Assembly (NCBI GenBank): GCA_964447495.1
Contig: CAYUTF010000083.1
Location: 1 to 14,399 of the forward strand
DNA: 14,399 bases
Direction of reading: 5' to 3'
Source: an uncultured archaeon
GTDB lineage: Archaea > Asgardarchaeota > Lokiarchaeia > Sigyniarchaeales > SOKP01
Shown: positions 1-7,147 of the stretch, one piece after another
Position numbering within the stretch: position 1 is the stretch's first letter
Layout of the letters: every line of letters starts with the position of its first letter
Position numbers and translations under genes: made by a program
The notes under the pieces: model-generated
The model's database searches: none
Seen by the model: the letters and a program-made list of their open reading frames with translations, nothing else
Told to the model about the DNA's origin: nothing

Positions 1-2
1 AT

Positions 3-1529
3 CAAGATTTAACCATCTTAGATTCCATTTCTTTTGATGGATGGTGTCGATGTAGTTATCCTATTGATATCACTAAAGACGGGTGCGATGAAATTTTAGT
101 AGGAGCGGGTGATGGCAACTTTTTAGTGGTTAAATTCGTAAAGGGATTGAATAAATTAGCTGGAATTATGAATTATAAGATCACAAAAAAAGTTTTATGT
201 GTTAATGCGGGAGATTTTACTCGCGATGGAAATATCGAGCTTATTCTAGGAAGTGAAGACAAAACGCTTAAAATCTTTGAAAATATTGAAGCAAAGGAAC
301 CAAAATATATATTCTATTATGATTCATGGGTAACAGCATGTGCTTTAGGTTATTTGAAATTACCAAAACTAGAGATACCAATTTATGGTTTATTAGTGGG
401 TACCAAAAATGGGTTTCTTCAATTAGTCCAATTTGAAGATAACAAACCTGATGTCATCTGGCAGAAGAATCTAGGTTTTCAGATAAATGTAATTGCAATT
501 GGGGATGTCACTAATGATGGTTACCATGAAATTGTTATTGGAACTGATGATTCAAAACTAATGATAATAAATAGTGAAGGAGAGATACTAAATTCATTAG
601 AGATTGAAGATGGACGGCCAATATCGATAAAATTAGAAGATATTGATGGAGATAACGCGAAAGAAATCTTGGTTGGATGCGCGGATGGGTCCTTAAGAAT
701 ATATCATAATCCAAGGTTAAACTCATCCGATATTGAATTAAAATGGAAAACTTCCACCTCATCTTCAATTAAAATTGTATCATCCATGAAAGACCCTGAG
801 AAAGGTTTGCCTAAAATCCTATATGGGGGATATGATAGAAGCATACGCTGTATTTCAGATTGTGAATGGGGAGAGAAACCTCCCTTGGATATACCCTATA
901 ATATTGTTATTCCTGAAACCCAGCCAAAAGAGAAAGAGAAATCAGTCGAAGAACTGATTAAACTTGAAACAGTTCCTACAAATATTAGAGAATATATATT
1001 AAAAATTTTAATTGATAAGAGAATCATTGAAGGGATCGCTAACGATTTAGTAAAACGGGGTTATGTAAAGGAAAAAGTGGTTGAAGAATTTGAAAAAATG
1101 TTAACTCAAAAATCAGTAAACATTGAAACGAAACAATTTTCACTCTGGGACCTACCTAAAGAGAGATTAGAAGAAGGGCTTGTTATCGAGCCAAAAATAG
1201 GAGCTAAAAGCAAAAAAATAACTCCTGTTGTAATTGAAGGGGATATTGAAGAAAAAGGAACCGCATTGATTGATGCTTTAAGTAAAGAAACTAAAGATTC
1301 CAATAATCAAAACATTTCTATAAAGAATGAGAATCTAAGATACATTATCATAGATTATTTAGAAAGAAATACTATAATTACATCAAAAACCAAATTTGTT
1401 AATGATATAGTTATCCTTGGCTATGATAAAAAATCAGTGTCTGATTTAATAGAAACTATGAAAGATGAGGGTAAAATTATTTATTCCCGCTCCGAACCAA
1501 AAGGTTGGACGCTAAATTCTGAACATTAA
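3..1529 (+). CDS. FG-GAP/WD40-like beta-propeller protein (BBS2/BBS7/ITFG2-like) with two C-terminal winged-helix-like repeats; 5'-truncated by the window edge
   Basis: The frame is open from nt 3 (QDLTILDSISFDGWCRCSYPIDITKDGCDEILVGAGDGNFLV...), so GTG 126 is not the true start. Four DxxxD(G/N)xxE(I/L)hhG blade motifs occur: DITKDGCDEILVG, DFTRDGNIELILG, DVTNDGYHEIVIG, DIDGDNAKEILVG. A charged linker and two related helical domains follow. Confidence 0.8.
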   Translation, partial: QDLTILDSISFDGWCRCSYPIDITKDGCDEILVGAGDGNFLVVKFVKGLNKLAGIMNYKITKKVLCVNAGDFTRDGNIELILGSEDKTLKIFENIEAKEPKYIFYYDSWVTACALGYLKLPKLEIPIYGLLVGTKNGFLQLVQFEDNKPDVIWQKNLGFQINVIAIGDVTNDGYHEIVIGTDDSKLMIINSEGEILNSLEIEDGRPISIKLEDIDGDNAKEILVGCADGSLRIYHNPRLNSSDIELKWKTSTSSSIKIVSSMKDPEKGLPKILYGGYDRSIRCISDCEWGEKPPLDIPYNIVIPETQPKEKEKSVEELIKLETVPTNIREYILKILIDKRIIEGIANDLVKRGYVKEKVVEEFEKMLTQKSVNIETKQFSLWDLPKERLEEGLVIEPKIGAKSKKITPVVIEGDIEEKGTALIDALSKETKDSNNQNISIKNENLRYIIIDYLERNTIITSKTKFVNDIVILGYDKKSVSDLIETMKDEGKIIYSRSEPKGWTLNSEH

Positions 1530-1537
1530 ACCTTTAA

Positions 1538-1972
1538 TTAATAAAAAAAACCTTTTATTTCTTCGGCAAATGGTTCAAATTGATTTAATTCTGTAAAATC
1601 TTTATTTTTGAATTTAGAGATAAATAAACTCAGAATAGGTTCTACTTTTTCAAAAAATTTCCTTACTAATTTATCTGTATCTTTTTTTGACTTATATATT
1701 AATCCGTATAAAATTATAGGTTCTTCACAATTACAATCTAATGCTTTTACTTGAGCTAATTTAAACACAAATAAAATCTTATCAGATTCTAAATATTCTA
1801 AAGAGATATTATTAAATGCATTTGTTGCAAAGGAATTAATGGCTGATATAAATGCTCCCCGTAAATCTTTATTACTTTCCTCAATTCCATTTATCTCTGA
1901 TACCTTTTTGAATTTATGCTTTACAAGTACAAAACCCCTGAAAACAATCCCCAATTCAAATAGTTCTTTCAT
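1538..1972 (-). CDS. Longin-domain protein (stand-alone, Asgard type)
   Basis: 144 aa with the beta-beta-alpha-beta-beta-beta-alpha-alpha pattern: LFELGIVFRGFVLV, helix DLRGAFISAINSFA (typical D-L-x-(S/G)-x-F-h-S-A-I-x-x-F), strands LEYLES/ILFVFK/IILYGLI and C-terminal F..F...I..F helix. Confidence 0.75.
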   Translation of the reverse strand: MKELFELGIVFRGFVLVKHKFKKVSEINGIEESNKDLRGAFISAINSFATNAFNNISLEYLESDKILFVFKLAQVKALDCNCEEPIILYGLIYKSKKDTDKLVRKFFEKVEPILSLFISKFKNKDFTELNQFEPFAEEIKGFFY

Positions 1973-2089
1973 AATATTATTTTTTTATGCATAATAATTA
2001 GTCTAAGATAGAATCTATTAAACTAAAAAAAATCCAGATATTTAATTTTACACAATTACAAGATTCTTTTTATAAAATCTATCATTGGA

Positions 2090-2899
2090 TTATTGAGACG
2101 CTTTTAACTTTAATGTTATTGCCTTCTGTGCGCATTTTTCAACACATATTCCGCATCCAAAACAAAAACTTTGCTTAAACTCTAAATGATGGTCGGAATA
2201 GGTTCTTGCTCCAAAATAGCACCATTCTACACATTTCCCACAATTTACGCACAATTGAGGATTAGTTTCCGTAACAAAATCACTTTTGACCATCTGAGGC
2301 GACCCATTGCGAAGAAATTTACTTAAAATTACACAACAACATGGACAACAATTACATACAATATAATAAAAATTAGGATTCGGATAATATATCAATTGAT
2401 GAACCAAGCCCTCTTGATCACATTTTTCTAACAAATTAACAACTTCTTCTCGTGACACCTTCTTTAGGTTATTTGATTTAAATGGAATATCATATAATGA
2501 TTTTCCTGAACCAATATGAATACAAGTTTGGAGAGGATGGTCACAGTTCGGTTTTTCATTATATCGACGTTGTGTTTCTCTACAATAGCAATTTGATATA
2601 CCAGTTACATTCGATCGACTTAAAAGCTCAAAAATTTCTTGACTTGGTAAAAATCGTATCTCTCCTGCAATATTTTTATTTAGGGGGACTATTTTACCGC
2701 CCCATCGTCCTTTTAATACATAGCAATTTAGTTTATGCATCAAATTAATCTTGAACTTTTTTTCTATTTTTCTGGTAAATTCAAGCATGATCCATTCTTG
2801 AATTCCAAAAAACGAAGTCAATATTTTTCCCAATAAAGGAATTCGTTCCAAAAGTCTGTCTATTTTCTTATAAAAAGGTCTACGATGAGAAAGGGACAA
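2090..2899 (-). CDS. Cys-rich 4Fe-4S dicluster (ferredoxin-domain) protein
   Basis: C-terminal CVNCGKCVEWC and CFGCGICVEKC ferredoxin motifs, preceded by the CYCR...C....TC...GLVH...CNCCPCCC domain typical of this anaerobe family. The TTG start is uncertain. Confidence 0.88.
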   Translation of the reverse strand: MSLSHRRPFYKKIDRLLERIPLLGKILTSFFGIQEWIMLEFTRKIEKKFKINLMHKLNCYVLKGRWGGKIVPLNKNIAGEIRFLPSQEIFELLSRSNVTGISNCYCRETQRRYNEKPNCDHPLQTCIHIGSGKSLYDIPFKSNNLKKVSREEVVNLLEKCDQEGLVHQLIYYPNPNFYYIVCNCCPCCCVILSKFLRNGSPQMVKSDFVTETNPQLCVNCGKCVEWCYFGARTYSDHHLEFKQSFCFGCGICVEKCAQKAITLKLKASQ

Positions 2900-2964
2900 T
2901 ATAATGATAAAGTATTAGTTATAGATTATTAGGAAAAAGAGTATACTTAATTTATTTCTTACGA

Positions 2965-3165
2965 TTTTATAGCAGAATTAATATTTAGTTAGAATTAGAT
3001 ATATAATTATCTTAAAAATGTGGCTAACATCATGAATAGAGTTATCAACATTCAATTAGATAAAAAAATTGCTGAACCAATAGAAGCCTTACCTCAATTG
3101 AAAAAAGGAGTTAATATACCTTTATTACACATAATTTCATTAAATTTTTATAGCAAGAATTAATA
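2965..3165. repeat. Imperfect 19-20 bp direct repeat pair (2965-2983 and 3146-3165)
   Basis: TTTTATAGCA-GAATTAATA versus TTTTATAGCAAGAATTAATA: identical except for one inserted A. Confidence 0.5.
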
Positions 3166-3228
3166 ATTTTTTAAACTAATAATATTTTATTTAAATTATT
3201 AGAAAAAAACAATTGTTTAAGAGTTATT

Positions 3229-3474
3229 ATGAGTATTGAAGAAGAATCGCGATTTTGCCCTTACTGCGGAATAGCATTAACGAAACCCTATTGGGTTCAC
3301 ATCCAAAAAGAGCACCCCGAAAAATACGCTCAAAAAGAGACATGGATTAAATTATATCAAGATTATAAAAAGATTGGTATGGACCAAGAAGTCAGCATAA
3401 AAGTAATTTCAGAATTATTTAATTCTACTCCTGAAGAAATAAAATCCTTTCTAAAAAATTCGAAAGCATTATAA
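3229..3474 (+). CDS. Small C2H2-type zinc-finger protein with C-terminal helical/HTH-like segment
   Basis: CPYC-x10-H-x4-H (CPYCGIALTKPYWVHIQKEH) followed by QEVSIKVISELFNSTPEEIKSFLK; ATG start, protein-like composition. Confidence 0.75.
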   Translation: MSIEEESRFCPYCGIALTKPYWVHIQKEHPEKYAQKETWIKLYQDYKKIGMDQEVSIKVISELFNSTPEEIKSFLKNSKAL

Positions 3475-3596
3475 ATATTATTATAAAATAGTCTAAAATT
3501 CTTTTAAACTAAAAATTACTCTTTCTTTATCTAATTAATTATTTTAAAATAAGAATAGTAACAGGAAAATAAATTAGCAATTATTAAATAATTAAG

Positions 3597-3884
3597 TTAA
3601 AAATCTTCTTCATCTTCTTCTAATAATCCTGCTTGCTTTAGTAAATCCTCAACAGTATCTCGTGCTTTCATAACCTGTTCATTTTCTGAAAGTTTTAAGT
3701 TATCTAACACCGAATCAGAAAACTCCATAAACTTTTTTATTGATTGAGTTGAAAAATCTTTTAGCTTGTCAGATGTGTCTTTTATAAAGTCCTTCCCACT
3801 CTCTCCAAAAGCTCCCCCGACGAAATCTTCGAACGCTTTATTGAGCTTATCGATAGGAGTCTCCTTCTTTTCATCATTACTCAT
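3597..3884 (-). CDS. Small acidic amphipathic-helix protein with 11-residue periodicity, function unknown
   Basis: 95-aa ORF with ATG start, purine-rich leader, TTTATATA box at 3940-3933 and acidic tail EEDEEDF. Confidence 0.8.
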   Translation of the reverse strand: MSNDEKKETPIDKLNKAFEDFVGGAFGESGKDFIKDTSDKLKDFSTQSIKKFMEFSDSVLDNLKLSENEQVMKARDTVEDLLKQAGLLEEDEEDF

Positions 3885-4123
3885 ATTTCATTCTCTCATT
3901 CTTTCTTTGTAGTAAGTTTTTTATATGTTTATTATATAAATCAGCATTTAATAAATAATTTTCCATATATTTCTAAATATGAATCATAAAAAAAATTTCT
4001 AGATTGAGTCCATAATAATTATAAACAGAATGTTAAATTTTGAAAAAAAATACCTCCATCCTTGCGAATGATAAGAAAGTCTTGATAAAAAATATTAAAT
4101 ATTTGTAAATAAAAATTATAATA

Positions 4124-4870
4124 ATGTCAGAATCGAAAAATAATGTAAATTTTTCTCCTAACTCTAAAGAGATAGAAGTTAAAAAAATGAGTGATATTCT
4201 CCTTATCATTTTAAGTATCTTTTCAGTTTTAATACAATTACCCCTCCTATTTATTCCGGCTGGTAGATGGGATTGGATCGAAGCATGGATTTACTTATTG
4301 ATGTTTTATGTCTTTATAACATGCGATATGCTTCTTATTAATAAGAAAAATCCACAGTTGCTTATCAATCGAATGAAGACGAAAAAATCGGGAATAACGA
4401 AAGCTCAAGGATCGGATAAATGGTTGCTACCCCTTATATCAATTAATTTCATTGGAATTTTTTTAATTCCTGCGTTTGATGTGCGCTATAGTTGGTCAAG
4501 AATCTCAATATATGTTGAAATTGCTGGTTTTGTTCTCCTAGCCGTAGCATTCTATTTCTTGTTTCGATCAATGTTAGATAATGCCTATGCATCTAAAGTT
4601 TTGGATATTAGAAAAGAAGGCGGTCAAAAAGTCATTGATACGGGGTCTTATGCGATTGTACGCCATCCTATGTATACGGGATTCATGATAATGGGATTTG
4701 GTGTTACTTTAGGACTGGGATCATGGTTTGGATTGATTCCCGCGGTAATCCTGACAGCTTTACTTATTGCAAGAATTTCATACGAAGAAAGGATGCTCAT
4801 TGAAGGTCTTGAAGGTTATGAAGAATACAAGAAGAAAGTCAAGTACAAACTTATTCCCAAGGTTTTTTAA
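4124..4870 (+). CDS. Isoprenylcysteine carboxyl methyltransferase (ICMT/Ste14/PEMT) family membrane methyltransferase
   Basis: Multiple TM segments plus the family signature VIDTGSYAIVRHPMYTG ... RISYEERML ... YEEYKKKVKYKLIP. Confidence 0.92.
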   Translation: MSESKNNVNFSPNSKEIEVKKMSDILLIILSIFSVLIQLPLLFIPAGRWDWIEAWIYLLMFYVFITCDMLLINKKNPQLLINRMKTKKSGITKAQGSDKWLLPLISINFIGIFLIPAFDVRYSWSRISIYVEIAGFVLLAVAFYFLFRSMLDNAYASKVLDIRKEGGQKVIDTGSYAIVRHPMYTGFMIMGFGVTLGLGSWFGLIPAVILTALLIARISYEERMLIEGLEGYEEYKKKVKYKLIPKVF

Positions 4871-4959
4871 AGCTTAATTTTTATATGTTAATTTTTCCCA
4901 TATAAGACTAAGGTTGTATTATGTCTAAACGATTAGATACTAAAATAAAAATAAAAAAA

Positions 4960-5745
4960 TCAGAGATGAATATATTCTCTACTCATCTTTTCTTGGATAT
5001 TATGGAGAAGTTCTTTTATCGCTTTCTTATCGAAACTCTCCATATTTTCTATACTTGAAATCATGGAATCTAACTCTTCCTTAATTTGAGTTACGTTTTG
5101 AATTCGGGAATTGAGCCTCTCTAATGAGAATTTTAATTTAGAACGCATCCCTCGAAAATAATCAAGTGCATCCTCTCTTGATTCACATCGTTCCAAAAAT
5201 CTCAAGATTTTCATGCGATGTGGTCTCCTCACAAAAGGATGGCCGTATTCTTCAGGTGGTGCCATATCTGACATCATGGCAAATTCATTAGCCCATTTTT
5301 CCTTTAATGTCTCAAGATATTGTTTACCTTTGTCAGATATGAAATAAATCTTTTGCTCTCGTCCCTCTATGGTTGCATCTTTCACATTGAGATATTCCCC
5401 CTTTTCAAGCTCTTCCAAACTCCTCATCATACTCCCCCGTGGAATCTTATATTTTTCCTGCAATTGATATCCATTTATCCCTTCTACCTTATCAATAATT
5501 ATTGATAATATGAAGAAATACTTAATTTCTTTGAAATCTTCACGTGAAATAGGTATTGGTGGCATCGGAGGAGGGTGATGTCTATACTTGCTTCGTCTAC
5601 TGTAAGGAAAATAACCAGGGGGAGGCATAGGGTGCTGATTTCCTGGGTAACCATGAAAACGAGGAAGGTGATTAAATTCCATGCTATCTTTTTCTTGGTC
5701 TTTTTCATTTTTTTTAAACAATTTTCTCACTAAACATATGATCAT
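4960..5745 (-). CDS. PadR-family transcriptional regulator with Pro/His-rich N-terminus and C-terminal coiled coil
   Basis: wHTH core ILSII...GINGYQLQEKYKIPRGSMMRSLEELEKGEYL...GREQKIYFISDKGKQYL, with heptad-like C-terminal helix. The start is uncertain (ATG 5745, GTG 5730 or a later ATG). Confidence 0.88.
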   Translation of the reverse strand: MIICLVRKLFKKNEKDQEKDSMEFNHLPRFHGYPGNQHPMPPPGYFPYSRRSKYRHHPPPMPPIPISREDFKEIKYFFILSIIIDKVEGINGYQLQEKYKIPRGSMMRSLEELEKGEYLNVKDATIEGREQKIYFISDKGKQYLETLKEKWANEFAMMSDMAPPEEYGHPFVRRPHRMKILRFLERCESREDALDYFRGMRSKLKFSLERLNSRIQNVTQIKEELDSMISSIENMESFDKKAIKELLHNIQEKMSREYIHL

Positions 5746-5755
5746 ATGATCATAT
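5736..5755. promoter_or_regulatory. Perfect 20-bp palindrome, putative operator 1 of the PadR gene
   Basis: ATATGATCATATGATCATAT is its own reverse complement and overlaps the expected transcription start and first ATG. Confidence 0.75.
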
Positions 5756-5776
5756 AATATACTAATATAAATTAAC

Positions 5777-5784
5777 CTATATAA
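5777..5784 (-). promoter_or_regulatory. Archaeal TATA box of the PadR gene
   Basis: TTTATATAG on the minus strand, about 30 nt upstream of ATG 5745, between the two palindromes. Confidence 0.65.
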
Positions 5785-5804
5785 ATGTGATCATTTGATC
5801 ATAT
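5785..5804. promoter_or_regulatory. Second copy of the palindrome, putative operator 2 (over the BRE position)
   Basis: ATGTGATCATTTGATCATAT, 18/20 identical to operator 1 and 49 bp away. Confidence 0.75.
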
Positions 5805-5876
5805 TAGCAATAACTCTTGAAATGTTCAAATAACAATATAAAAAATTCTGGAGTTAATGAAATCTTCCTAAAAGTA

Positions 5877-7098
5877 CTATATTACTCTCCTTTTCTTCCA
5901 CTGTTTCAAATCGTCTTCAGAATAACCCAAGAGATCACAAAATATTTCATGATTATGCTCTCCAAATTCAGGACCAGCAGACTTGACGTCTCCTTTGGTT
6001 TCAGAAAAATTGATTAAGCGATTAGGAATTGTAGCGTGATCCACTCCCCATTTTTTAAAATCAAAATCTTGACATAACATTCCTCTTGCTTTTAAATTAG
6101 GATGATTTGGAATTTCACTCATTTTACGAGATTTTCCACAAGGTATTCTTTGGGATTCAAGGTGAGAAATGGCCTCTTCTTTTGTAACTGTACGGGACCA
6201 GCTTTCAATAATTTCATCTAATAAATCTACATGATTGAATCGTTTAATTGGGTTATCAAATTTTGAATCAGTAATTAACTCCGGTTTTAGTAATATATAA
6301 TTACATAAACGCTTCCATTGATTTTCAGTAAGAGTGGTCATGGTGATTAGACCATTTTTAGTATGATATTGATTATAAACTGGGAGAAATTTAGAACCAA
6401 GATCTAGTTTCTTGGTTAAGGGCATGAATTCTCTTGCTTGTGCCCTCATATTTATAGCAAACATTAAATCATGCATACTAATATCAATAAATTGTCCTTT
6501 ACCCGTTTTTTCTCTATAGTATAATGCTTGAGATATTCCAATTGCAGCAACATGACCCGCAGTATAATCTGCTATAGGTAATTTAGGAGGTCCCTCTTTT
6601 AAGTCTAAAGCATCAAGAATTCCGGATTCCGCTTGGATGATTATATCAAATGCAGTTTTTTGGATATACTTTTCTAATCCTTCATTTCCGAAACCAGAAA
6701 TTTTAGCATATATCAATTGAGGGTTGATGTTAATTAAATCTTTGTACCCTAACCCCCATTTCTCCATGGTCCCCTTTACAAAGTTTTCGACCAACACATC
6801 AGATTTTTCTACAAGCTTAAAAAAGATTTCTTTTGCTTCTTGCTTTCTTAAATCTAATGAGATTGATTTCTTGCCTCTATTTAGTATAGAAAACAAGGGA
6901 AATATTGTTCTATCGTAAAGAACAAAAAGCCTGAAGCTTTCTCCAAACGGAGGTGGTTATAGGTCTACGTTCGAGATGAATTTAGCTTTCTACCTTAATA
7001 ACTTCAGCTCCTTGATCCGCAAAAAAAATTAACGACCATGGTCCAGAGATAAACTGTGAACAATCAAGAATCCTTAGACCTTCAAATATTTTAACCAT
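5877..7098 (-). CDS. Family III CoA-transferase (CaiB/BaiF/Frc family), interrupted by a 31-nt insertion; intron-containing gene or recent pseudogene
   Basis: ATG 7098 gives MVKIFEGLRILDCSQFISGPWSLIFFADQGAEVIKVE (canonical N-terminus). After the insertion the frame of ORF 5877-6896 resumes at 6956 with PPPFGESFR...LNRGKKSISLDLRK...SDVLVENF...ISGFG...AFDIIIQAESG...IADYTAG (catalytic Asp region)...GPEFGEHN. The joined product is 396 aa. Confidence 0.9.
6957..6987 (-). other. 31-nt intervening sequence in the CoA-transferase gene (boundaries can slide by 2 nt, to 6959-6989)
   Basis: AAG GTA GAA | AGCTAAATTCATCTCGAACGTAGACCTATAA | CCA CCT CCG. It contains TAA in both the upstream and downstream frames, and exact removal restores KVEPP. 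Confidence 0.85.
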
Positions 7099-7147
7099 AA
7101 AGGGTTAAAATTAAAAATTTTTAATATACTTTTTTATGAGAAGTATT

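Noticed and set aside
2876-2884. 9-nt match AGGTCTACG shared between the ferredoxin gene 5' end and the 31-nt insert
   Set aside because: Too short to exceed chance in 14 kb, and it does not extend cleanly.
4124-4870. ICMT-family gene as evidence for eukaryote-like CAAX prenylation of small GTPases
   Set aside because: This subfamily is widespread in bacteria and archaea, and no prenyltransferase or CAAX substrate is present in the window.
6957-6987. The 31-nt insert as a CRISPR repeat, sequencing adapter or MITE
   Set aside because: It is single copy, lacks a GAAAC/GAAAG-type repeat end, does not match the TruSeq or Nextera adapter cores I know, and has no terminal inverted repeats. An IS-end remnant cannot be excluded without a genome search.
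7021-7028. T8 run (minus strand) in the CoA-transferase 5' part as a slippage site explaining the split gene
   Set aside because: The frame stays correct through the run (LIFFADQGAEVIKVE), and the break lies 30 nt further downstream.
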